32,000 nt of DNA from Rivularia sp. (in: cyanobacteria) (GCA_965226665.1 OZ245371.1:1694991-1726990), one strand, 5' to 3'. Counted from the stretch's first letter, positions 10,872-19,523 are shown. The notes: a model not told the origin generated them from the letters alone. A program made the numbers and translations.

Positions 10872-12086
10872 TTAAAAAATCCGAGGTTTTTGATCTAAAA
10901 TGTTTCTAGATTTTAAAAACCATAGTACTACTAACAGCGGAAGCATATATTTATCCCAAGGATATGCTTTCATCATTAAGCCGCAATGCATTAATATAAT
11001 CCAGAAAGTTAAGTTAATGCGAGAAAATCTGAAAAAAGCTAATAGTCCTAGAAAATACAGTAAAATAAACTTTAAAAAATCGTAAGGCAATAACGGCAGG
11101 AATCTGATTAATATTCCCTGAGCTTCAGTAAGCGGAAAAGCAATAAAAAGTATCAATAAAATTGCAGCAAAAAAGTAATTATTTTTAGTTAAAAAATTGC
11201 GCCATACAATTTTGGGACGAAACAATATTAATTCAGGGATAACAAAGTACAAACCTACGCAGCTAAGAGTAAACAAACTGTTGCTAAGATCGAATGACCA
11301 TACATTTTGTTGCACTTGAGGTAAATCTCGTGCCACCCTACTCGCTTGAGGAGCGATATCATCAAAAAGTACTATCCATCCGATTATTGATAGTGAGGCA
11401 ATTAATGGCATTATCCACCGGATAGGATTAATTTGTTTTTTGATAATTCTAATTTTTTCTTCAGACAACAATGAATTATGCTTTTTTGATAAGCGATATA
11501 TCTTAATTTTGTTTATCAAATAATTAATTAATTCAAAAGCAGTAATCGCCACAGGAAAAGCTAGCATAAATTGACGCGATGCGATTGCTAAAACAAATGC
11601 AAAACTACTCAGTATATGTCGACAGCGAATATAAAGCCAAAACCCTAAGATTACAAAGAAAGCAGCAATAATATCAGTATAAAGGCGACCGCTTAAAATT
11701 AAGTAGTAAGGAAATATTAACAAACCAATTACACTCAAAATCGATCTTTTTGTAGCCTTAACATTTGGAAATCCGATTATACAGGTTATTAAAAAAGAGA
11801 GAATTAGAGTAAAAAATCTTCCTGCAAAAATCCCTCCTTTAAACAGATATTCTAAAATTCCAAATACAATAAAAGGTAAAGGTGTATTCAGTTCATTATA
11901 ATCTCTTAGTAATTCTAGACTAGGAATTAAACTATGGCTAAACATTAAACTTGTCTGCCAAAAATTTGGTTCGTCTGTTCTTGGAGGAAACTGAAGTTTA
12001 TCGTAAATAAAAAATAATATAAAATAAATAACAACTATAGATATAAAAAAATATGCATTCAATAAATGTCTTTTTTGTAACTTCAT
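10872..12086 (-). CDS. Polytopic membrane protein, probably a GT-C-type glycosyltransferase (a Wzy-like polymerase is the alternative)
   Basis: 404 aa with ATG at 12084-12086 and about 10 or more hydrophobic helices. It has a TDEPNFWQTS acidic motif after TM1. It is a paralog of 12244-13473. Confidence 0.6.
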   Translation of the reverse strand: MKLQKRHLLNAYFFISIVVIYFILFFIYDKLQFPPRTDEPNFWQTSLMFSHSLIPSLELLRDYNELNTPLPFIVFGILEYLFKGGIFAGRFFTLILSFLITCIIGFPNVKATKRSILSVIGLLIFPYYLILSGRLYTDIIAAFFVILGFWLYIRCRHILSSFAFVLAIASRQFMLAFPVAITAFELINYLINKIKIYRLSKKHNSLLSEEKIRIIKKQINPIRWIMPLIASLSIIGWIVLFDDIAPQASRVARDLPQVQQNVWSFDLSNSLFTLSCVGLYFVIPELILFRPKIVWRNFLTKNNYFFAAILLILFIAFPLTEAQGILIRFLPLLPYDFLKFILLYFLGLLAFFRFSRINLTFWIILMHCGLMMKAYPWDKYMLPLLVVLWFLKSRNILDQKPRIF

Positions 12087-12243
12087 TTATAAAAAATATG
12101 ATTTATTCCTACAATAACCAAACTAATTAACTTTTAAGCACTATACTATTTTGGCGATCGCCAAAGTATGTCATAAACAATTATAATGCCTACAAAGAAT
12201 AATATATTACTGTATTAATAGATATTTAGATCAAAAGAGAAGA

Positions 12244-13473
12244 CTATTTACAAAACTTATTAACCGTATTTTTTGGTATAGAAGTAATATTTTTATCCAG
12301 AATACCAAGTGATTTAAAATACCAGAAGATGATTAAAATTGGAAGTGCATATTTATCCCAAGGGAATGCTTTTATCATTAGCGCGCTGTTTACTAATAAA
12401 ATCCAGAAAGCAAGATTGAGACGGTTTAAAAATCTCAAGCAAGTTAGAAATGCTAGAAAATAGAATAAAACCAACTTCAAAAGATCGTTTGGTAGCAGTC
12501 TTGCTATTTTAATTAAAATTCCGTGAGCTTCTAAAGGAGGGAAAACTATTAATAGCAATAATAAAACAGAAGCTAAAATTATATTTTTACGAGTAAATAG
12601 TTTTTTTTAATTTAATTTAGGACGAAATAAAATCAATTCTGGGATAACAAAATATAGACCGATGCAAGCCAGAAAATATAAACTACTATTCAATTCAACT
12701 GACCACCAACTCAATTGAACTTCTGGTACAGGACGTTCTACAATCGCACCTTGTGGAGCAATTCCTTTAAAAAGTAAAAACCATCCGAAAATAGAAAACG
12801 TTGCAATGAGCGGGGTTAAAATACTAATTAGTCGCGGTTTATATAGTTGATAATTGCGATTTTTGTTAGTACTTTTAGAAGTTAACAATTGGATTTTCAA
12901 ATAATTGTAAAGTTCATAAGCTGTAACAGCTAAAGGAAATACCAGCATATATTGGCGTGATGCAATTGCCAACACAAAGCTAATTCCGCTAATTAAATGT
13001 TGCGAACGGATGTAGCACAGAATTCCGACTAAAACGAAAAAACTGGCAATGATATCTGTATAAAGATGTCCGCTTAACCATAGGTAGTAAGGAAATAAGA
13101 TTAAGCCGCATAAAGACAAAAATGCGTCTTTTCTCTGTTTATTAATAGGTAATCCAATAAAACAACTTATTATAAAAGAAATAAAAAAGTTTAAAAGTCG
13201 GCCATTGATTATTCCACCTTTAAATAAATATTCTAAAATCCCAAAAATGATAAATGGAAGCGGTGTATTTAATTCTTTATATTCTTGTAACCAAGTTCCT
13301 GGAGGAATTAAACTATTACTAAAGATTAAACTAGTTTCCCAAAAGTTTGGTTCATCCCATATTGGATAAAATTGAAGTTTATCTAATAAGAAAAAGACTA
13401 TAAAGTATAGTATGAATATACCAAATAGATACAATATAATATATAAATTATTATTTATTTTGTTTAGCTGCAT
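12244..13473 (-). pseudogene. Paralog of 10872-12086, split by a single in-frame TAA
   Basis: ORFs 12607-13473 and 12244-12558 are in the same frame (12607-12244=363). The stretch between them has no other stop (..RPKLN*KKLFTRKNIILASVLLLLLIVFPPLEAHGI..). An ungapped alignment to the paralog (RPKIVWRNFLTKNNYFFAAILLILFIAFPLTEAQGI) places the TAA (12607-12609) opposite Trp. Confidence 0.75.
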
Positions 13474-13586
13474 TTATCTGTAAATAATATTTTTCATATA
13501 GTACTTATTAGGAAATATTAAATACGTTTTCTAAATAACATTTATGTATATTTTCTATTTTTTAGTAGAAGAAAGCTGATATTTTC

Positions 13587-13710
13587 AGGACTTACGCAAT
13601 TGTCACAAGACTCAGGTGGTGCGTGACACTAAAAACCTTATTACTACGTTCTCAATTAGTCAAAGTGTCACAGCACCCTACAAGAAAAATGTGCCAGTTA
13701 CGTAAGTCCT
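13587..13710. mobile_element. MITE-like hairpin element (archetype copy)
   Basis: A perfect 10-nt terminal inverted repeat: AGGACTTACG at 13587-13596 and CGTAAGTCCT at 13701-13710, extendable to 16 nt with 2 mismatches. There is also an inner inverted repeat, ggtgcgtgacact / agtgtcacagcacc. The core recurs at 22973-23219 and, degenerate, at 7797-7875. Confidence 0.65.
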
Positions 13711-14013
13711 AATTTTTAATCTAATTTTATTGACATTAATCTAGGTTGCGAAATTAGCTGAATTGAATGAACCGATAAACTAACAACAATTGACTTTTTT
13801 ATGGTTATTTTGTTCCAAAGTTCGATATTTTAATATATTATCGTTTTCAATAAAAAGTACCATGTACTTAGTTCTAAAAACGCAAGCATAAGGTACGTGA
13901 ATAAAAATCTGTTGAGGAACTTTATAGTTACTACTGGTAAATAATTGATAAAAAGCGGAAATATTCACGATAAAATACTCACTGGAATACTCAGCTTGAA
14001 AAAAGTTAAAAAT

Positions 14014-14451
14014 ATGGCTCTACCAGTTGGAACCGAAGCACCAAGCTTTACAGCGAAAGATACTAACGGTAATACAGTTTCTTTGTCAGATTTTAAAGGA
14101 AAGACAGTAGTTATGTACTTCTATCCAAAAGACGATACCCCTGGATGTACTAAGCAAGCCTGTAGCTTCCGAGATGCTCAATCGCAGTATCAAAGCAAAG
14201 ATATCGCGGTTTTAGGAGTAAGTGCAGATGATGAAGCTTCTCACCAAGCATTTACCCAAAAATTTAATTTGAATTTTCCCTTACTAGTTGATACCGATAA
14301 AAGTTTGATAAAAGCTTACGATGTTGATGGTGGCGGCTATGCCAAGCGCGTAACCTATATCATTGATGGTGACGGCAAGATTAGTAAGGTTGACGATAGC
14401 GTTAACACCAGCACTCATGCTGAAGATGTCTTAAAATCTTTGGGACTATAA
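14014..14451 (+). CDS. bcp: Peroxiredoxin, BCP/PrxQ type (thioredoxin-dependent thiol peroxidase)
   Basis: The ATG at 14014-14016 gives MALPVGTEAPSFTAKDTNGNTVSLSDFKGKTVVMYFYPKDDTPGCTKQACSFRD, which contains the PxxxTxxC peroxidatic-Cys motif plus a CxxxxC spacing typical of BCP/PrxQ. The upstream extension of ORF 13945 is unlikely to be translated. Confidence 0.9.
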   Translation: MALPVGTEAPSFTAKDTNGNTVSLSDFKGKTVVMYFYPKDDTPGCTKQACSFRDAQSQYQSKDIAVLGVSADDEASHQAFTQKFNLNFPLLVDTDKSLIKAYDVDGGGYAKRVTYIIDGDGKISKVDDSVNTSTHAEDVLKSLGL

Positions 14452-14483
14452 ATTAGACATTCGCGAAAAAATGTGAAAATGTG

Positions 14484-14516
14484 AAAAAAATAGAGACGCG
14501 ATGTATCGCGTCTCTA
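14484..14516 (-). terminator. Intrinsic terminator for 14548-14973, also sited between convergent genes
   Basis: Palindrome TAGAGACGCGAT-GT-ATCGCGTCTCTA at 14491-14516. On the minus strand it is followed by a run of 7 U (plus-strand A7 at 14484-14490). Confidence 0.65.
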
Positions 14517-14547
14517 CAATTATGAAAATTTAACTGAATGTGATTAG

Positions 14548-14973
14548 TTAATTCCCAGCAGCTGGTGCTGTTTGCGTTGGAGTGTAAACTGGGAATACAA
14601 AATCAAACTTTGGTTGGCTTGTAGGTTGCCCAGAGGAACGTTGTTGAAGCAGTTTTTGCTGTCTTTCACGAAATGAACCTGCTTCAGAATTTATTTGCTG
14701 TCTATTTTGAGAAGAAAATCCTTGCCAATCCAAAGTACCAAGCTGCGAGCGATGAATTAAACTCATCGGATCGAAGTTACCACTTTCAGTACCGTAAAAG
14801 GAACCACCATCACCTTGTTTTGTATCTAAAGGATCTCCTTGATAGCTCGATGGTACGGAAACATCTTGGCTGGTTTGAGCAAAGCTTGCGGATGGTGCCA
14901 TGACAAAAGCAATCCCTAACCCTGTAACAGTAGCAGCAATTAATTTATTAAGTTGTGAAATCGATATTCTCAT
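14548..14973 (-). CDS. Small secreted Gln/Ser-rich protein of unknown function
   Basis: ATG at 14971-14973 with a GGGGA Shine-Dalgarno-like sequence upstream. It has an N-terminal signal-peptide-like sequence, IAATVTGLGIAFVMAPSASFAQ, and the terminator hairpin lies downstream. Confidence 0.6.
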   Translation of the reverse strand: MRISISQLNKLIAATVTGLGIAFVMAPSASFAQTSQDVSVPSSYQGDPLDTKQGDGGSFYGTESGNFDPMSLIHRSQLGTLDWQGFSSQNRQQINSEAGSFRERQQKLLQQRSSGQPTSQPKFDFVFPVYTPTQTAPAAGN

Positions 14974-15013
14974 CACAGTTTCCCCTTTTATGATTTAAAT
15001 TGATGCTTCTATT

Positions 15014-15910
15014 CTACGCAAGAGTACGACGTAAGCGGGATTGAATGCTCAACAATGCTACAAGCGCAAAGCCTAACAATACTAGTATCGCACCGCCAAA
15101 AGTCACATCACCCCAGAAAGCCTGCATTACTACACTATTAAATCCCCAGCTTTGATGAGTATATAAATAGCGAATTGGTTCGATTGCATAGCTCAGAGGA
15201 TTAAGCGTAGCCACAACTTGCAACCATTTGGGCATGAATGATAGGGGAGCTAAAGCTGTACTGGCAAATAATAACGGTAAATTAGTCACAAAAATTACGG
15301 CTATTAACTCAATATGCCCCGGTAAAGCAAAAGCTAAACCCAATGAAAGAGCCGTTACACCTAAAGCCAATAGAAAAACTATTAAGGCGATCGCACTCAA
15401 ACCTGCGGCATTAGGAATACCTGCACCTAAAAACGACGCAGCAACCACAATTATTGCTGCTTGCAACAAAGTTTGACTAACAATGAAGATTGCCGAAGCA
15501 AAAACAATAGAAAAACGAGATGCTAAAGGAGCAACTAACAACCGATTCAAAAAACCGAATTCTCGGTCAAACATGATTGGCAAACCAGCATTCAGCGCTC
15601 CAGCAAATGCTGTAAAAACTATAATTCCAGCAGTTAAAAACTGACCGTAATTTGTAGTATTACCAAAAATTCCTTTGGGTGCATTTTGAAACAGTGCGCC
15701 AAATAAAACCAGCCACATTACAGGTTGAATAATGCTAGCTACTAAAGTTGAAGGGCGACGCTTTAACTGAATAAATAGACGACGAGTCAAAGCCAAAGTT
15801 TCTTGAACTAACTCACCTAAAGCACTTTGATTAGCATCGCTATACAGTTGCGGCGATGCGATTTTCTGTAAATTAATATCCGACTTGGAAGAAAAAACAG
15901 TACCACTCAT
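15014..15910 (-). CDS. ABC-2 type transporter permease
   Basis: 298 aa with ATG at 15908-15910 and about 6 hydrophobic helices. It lies immediately downstream of the ABC ATPase gene on the same strand. Confidence 0.8.
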   Translation of the reverse strand: MSGTVFSSKSDINLQKIASPQLYSDANQSALGELVQETLALTRRLFIQLKRRPSTLVASIIQPVMWLVLFGALFQNAPKGIFGNTTNYGQFLTAGIIVFTAFAGALNAGLPIMFDREFGFLNRLLVAPLASRFSIVFASAIFIVSQTLLQAAIIVVAASFLGAGIPNAAGLSAIALIVFLLALGVTALSLGLAFALPGHIELIAVIFVTNLPLLFASTALAPLSFMPKWLQVVATLNPLSYAIEPIRYLYTHQSWGFNSVVMQAFWGDVTFGGAILVLLGFALVALLSIQSRLRRTLA

Positions 15911-15915
15911 AACAA

Positions 15916-16061
15916 TTTTGGATTTTAGATTTTGGATTTTGGATTAAAACTTGTAGAGACGTAGCAGTGCTACGTCTGTTATTGAGTTATGAATTAGGAA
16001 TGAGGAGTTATAAGTTATCTACTCCCTACTCCCTACTCCCTATTCCCTACTCCCTGTTCCC
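15916..16061. repeat. STRR-type heptamer arrays plus a GAGACG hairpin
   Basis: (GGATTTT)n at about 15916-15945. The hairpin ttgtagagacgtagcagtgctacgtct sits at 15951-15977. (CTACTCC)n runs from about 16019 to 16061. Confidence 0.85.
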
Positions 16062-16067
16062 AATTCT

Positions 16068-17087
16068 CTATTTCATACTTTGTTTCTTTTCAGCTTTCAT
16101 ATCTCGGATACCTACAGCAGCTAGTTCGGCATCCATCAAAGTACGTCCTGTTGCTGCTAAGTAAACATCATCTAAACTGGGACGAGATTGTGCAATACCA
16201 AAAGTTGGTAAATCGGCATCATTTAAAGCTTTCTGAATAGTAATCAAAGCATCATTTTGCTGAGAAACGACCAGATTTAATGAGTTACCTTGAGCGCCGT
16301 TGATAATTACTTCTTGAACGAAAGGTAAGGAAGTGAGTAAATTTTTAGCTTTTTGTGCTTCATCATCAGAAGTAAACTCTCGAATGCGAAGAGTGACTCT
16401 ATCTCCCCCTACTTTATCTTTTAATTGTGATGGTGTTCCTGTAGCAATTACCTCACCGCGATCGATTATTGTAACTCGATCGGCTAGCGCATCAATTTCT
16501 TCTAAATAATGGCTGGTAATTAATACTGTTGTTCCTGCTTCTCTTAATTTCCGCAAAAATTCCCACACCACAAACCGACTTTCGATATCAAGCCCGGCAG
16601 TTGGTTCATCCAAAACCAGTACGCTAGGTGCGTGAAGCAACCCCGCTGCTAAATCCAAGCGTTTAAGTAAACCACCAGAATATGTCCCCGTTTTTTTATT
16701 CGCGTATTCTTGTAAACCAAGTAAATCTAAAACCGTATCAATACGCTCTTTTGAAACCTTTGAAGGTATATGGTAGAGCGCTGCTTGGAGTTGCAACAGT
16801 TCTTTTCCAGTCAGCACCTTATCTGGAGCAACCTCTTGAGCAACGTAGCCAAGACGTTTTCGAGCATCTCTAGGATTATCTACGCATGAGATACCACTGA
16901 CTTCGATTTTACCCGCATCAGGTGTAATCAGAGTACACAAAGCACGCAAAGTGGTAGTTTTTCCCGCACCATTAGGGCCGAGTAAACCGAATATTTCCCC
17001 TTGTTCCACTTTAAAAGAAATATTCTTAACGGCTTCGGTAGCACCGTAGGATTTCTTTAAATTTTCGACTAAAACGGCAGGAGCCAT
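16068..17087 (-). CDS. ABC transporter ATP-binding protein (DrrA/CcmA-like, pairs with ABC-2 permeases)
   Basis: Walker A GPNGAGKTTT, ABC signature YSGGLLKRL and Walker B VLVLDEPTAGLD; ATG at 17085-17087. Confidence 0.9.
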   Translation of the reverse strand: MAPAVLVENLKKSYGATEAVKNISFKVEQGEIFGLLGPNGAGKTTTLRALCTLITPDAGKIEVSGISCVDNPRDARKRLGYVAQEVAPDKVLTGKELLQLQAALYHIPSKVSKERIDTVLDLLGLQEYANKKTGTYSGGLLKRLDLAAGLLHAPSVLVLDEPTAGLDIESRFVVWEFLRKLREAGTTVLITSHYLEEIDALADRVTIIDRGEVIATGTPSQLKDKVGGDRVTLRIREFTSDDEAQKAKNLLTSLPFVQEVIINGAQGNSLNLVVSQQNDALITIQKALNDADLPTFGIAQSRPSLDDVYLAATGRTLMDAELAAVGIRDMKAEKKQSMK

Positions 17088-17177
17088 TGGACATTAACTC
17101 TTAAATATACAAAACTCAACAAATTCTATCTTCATTCTAGAAGTGAAGCGACAGTTTTGAATTAGGTCGCAAGGAAT

Positions 17178-17384
17178 AGTTAGGAGTTAGGAGTTAGGAG
17201 TTAGGAGTTAAGAGTTAGGAATTGGTAGTTGGTAATTGGTAATTGGTAATTGGTAATTGGGAATGGCAATTTCTCCCCCTCTCCCCATCTCCCCCTCTCC
17301 CCATCTCCCCATCTCCCCTTCCCCCCATCTCCCCCTCTCCCCATCTCCCTCTCCCCCCTCTCCCCCCTCTCCCCTCTCCCCATC
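17178..17384. repeat. Composite STRR array: (AGGAGTT)n - (TTGGTAA)n - (CTCCCCAT/CTCCCCCT)n
   Basis: Direct reading of 17178-17384. It lies in the divergent intergenic region between the ABC ATPase and TPR genes. Confidence 0.9.
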
Positions 17385-17503
17385 TTGTCATCTACATAAA
17401 GTAGCAACAAATGTATCAAAGCACTTATGAAAGGTATTTATATCGATTACGTTGTTGGGTTGTAAGTGTAAAAATTGACTAAAAATTACGGAGATTCACC
17501 TTA

Positions 17504-18878
17504 ATGGATGAACGCCGTCTGCGAGAGTATGTTGCTCTGATTAAACAACTTTTAAATTGTGCCAATGGAGAGGAATTTGTAATCTTAAAAGCAAATACAA
17601 AATTGGTTGATGAAGATTTAATTATGGTGATGGAACAGATAGCCATCAAAGCTGAAGAAAGTGGTGCGACTGGAACTGCTGAGTTTTTACGACATTTGGC
17701 TAACGAGTTAAAGGGTATGTTAGCACAAACAACTAAAACCTTTAATTCTAAAGATAATGAACGTTCTTCTGCTTATTTAGAACTAATTGAAAGGTTAATG
17801 AGTTGTCCCTCGCGGAACTGAAGCGGAAATATTGCGAAATAATCAAGATTTAATTGATACGCAATTCATTTTGACTTTGGGACAAGTGGCAGGAATAATG
17901 TCAGAAATTGGCGAGCAAAAAGCTTCGGAATTTTTGCAAAGTATTGCTACCCCTTTAGCGAAAGGAATCACAAATTCTTTACCAGCAGCTAAGTCTTCCC
18001 AAAACTACATCGATTTTTTGGCTGAGGTACTGCGGACTATTTCCAAAACTAATGGCAATGCAAAAGTGCTGTATCCACTATTTGCTGCGAATTTAGATAA
18101 ACTAAATACGTATTTTGCCCAAGTTATGCAAGACTGGGTACAAGAAACTATAGAAAAAGTACAGCCGTCGATAGCTCACAGCGTCTTAGTAGATATTGTA
18201 AATTTTAGTGTATTAATTCAGCAGTTTTCACTCGGTAATAAAGCTGAGAACTTAGAAATTGCAATTATTGGTTATCAGGTCGCATTAACTTACTTTAATC
18301 GCGATAAATACCCGGAAGAATGGGCTGGAACCCAAAACAATCTTGGCAATGCTTTGGTTGAGCGCATGACTGGGAACAGTGCAGATAATTTAGACGAAGG
18401 TATTGATTGTTATAAGCTGGCATTGGAAATCTACCAGCGCGATATATTTCCCGAAGATTGGGCAATGACTCAAAATAATTTGGGTACGGCTTACAAAAGT
18501 CGCGAACATGGAGATAAATCGGAAAATATTGAAATCGCAATTGAACACTATTTCGCCGCACTTGATGTATACCAACGTTCGGTATTTCCGTATCAATGGG
18601 CGACAATTCAATATAACTTGGGTAATGTGTATTGCGATCGCGTTACTGGTGAAAAGGCTGAGAATATGGAAATTGCCATATTATCTTATAATGCAGCCTT
18701 GGAAGTGTACCAACCAAATCTAGTTCCCCAACAATGGGCAATGACTCAATATAATTTGGGTAATGCTTATAAACAGCGCATTCGGGGTGACAAGAATGAA
18801 AACTTACAAAAAGCTGACGAATGTTATTTAGCTGCAATGGAAATTTATAAGCGATATCAAGATCCTGAAGAAGAATAA
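17504..18878 (+). pseudogene. TPR-repeat protein, interrupted by a +1-nt frameshift as sequenced
   Basis: ORF 17504-17821 ends ...LIERLMSCPSRN*. The next frame reads TEAEILRNNQDLIDTQF.... Deleting one base in tcgcgg (17810-17815) gives SCPSGTEAEIL, which parallels the N-terminal repeat LLNCANGEEFVILKANTKLVD. Downstream are about five 40-aa TPR-like units (WAxTQNNLGNAY...). Confidence 0.75.
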
Positions 18879-18909
18879 TTGATTCTTTTCTTACATACCT
18901 AATTAAAAA

Positions 18910-18949
18910 ACCCGGCTTTTTATTCTCAGAAGTCGGGTTTTGGTTTTTA
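18910..18949 (+). terminator. Intrinsic terminator after the TPR gene
   Basis: A 9-bp stem, ACCCGGCTT (18910-18918) with AAGTCGGGT (18930-18938), including one G-U wobble. It is followed by TTTGGTTTTT. Confidence 0.7.
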
Positions 18950-18979
18950 GATATTACAAAAAAATCGTAACTATTTAAT

Positions 18980-19513
18980 TTATAGTTTATCAAACATTAA
19001 ACTTTGATATTCTTGCTCGGTAACAATGTCCAAAGTGCTTTCAATTTTATCTAAAAATACTAATCCGCTCATATGGTCGTATTCATGCTGAAAAATACGA
19101 GCAACAAAATCTGTTAATTGTTGATGCACTAAATTACCATCTCTATCAATATATTTAACTTCAATAGTTCGGTATCTCGGAACTAATCCTCTAATTCCCG
19201 GAATACTCAAGCAACCTTCCCAATCTTTCACCATTTGATCGGAGCGATCGATAATTTGAGGATTAATCATTGCTGTAGGTTCCATTAAAGGAGCATTCGG
19301 ATATCTAAGATTAGGGCGAGAAGCAAGAATAAAAACGCGATAGCTACTAGCAACTTGTGGCGCTGCAATTCCAACACCATTAGCATCTCCCACAGTTAGC
19401 AGCAAATCATCAATCAGTTTTTGAATACCATCGGAATGAACATCTTCAACAAATTCTGCTTTCTGCCGCAGAATTGGATTACCTAATTGAATAATAGAAA
19501 GTATTTCAGACAT
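18980..19513 (-). CDS. def: Peptide deformylase
   Basis: GVGIAAPQ, EGCLSIPG and HEYDH metal-binding motifs; ATG at 19511-19513. Confidence 0.92.
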   Translation of the reverse strand: MSEILSIIQLGNPILRQKAEFVEDVHSDGIQKLIDDLLLTVGDANGVGIAAPQVASSYRVFILASRPNLRYPNAPLMEPTAMINPQIIDRSDQMVKDWEGCLSIPGIRGLVPRYRTIEVKYIDRDGNLVHQQLTDFVARIFQHEYDHMSGLVFLDKIESTLDIVTEQEYQSLMFDKL

Positions 19514-19523
19514 AAGTTAAATA

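Noticed and set aside
10872-13473. The tandem GT-C-like genes as a recent duplication or an assembly artefact
   Set aside because: The proteins are only about half identical, with many substitutions throughout, and the spacer differs. This is an old duplication, not a collapsed or duplicated assembly region.
13780-13968. 62-aa minus-strand ORF upstream of the peroxiredoxin gene
   Set aside because: It sits in an AT-rich promoter region, has no Shine-Dalgarno sequence or motif, and overlaps the probable bcp promoter.
17201-17419. 72-aa ORF (…GRGERGERGEREMGRGGDGGKGRWGDGERGRWGEGE…)
   Set aside because: It is a translation of the CTCCCCAT/CTCCCCCT octamer array on the minus strand. It has no start context and its periodic low-complexity sequence is dictated by the repeat.
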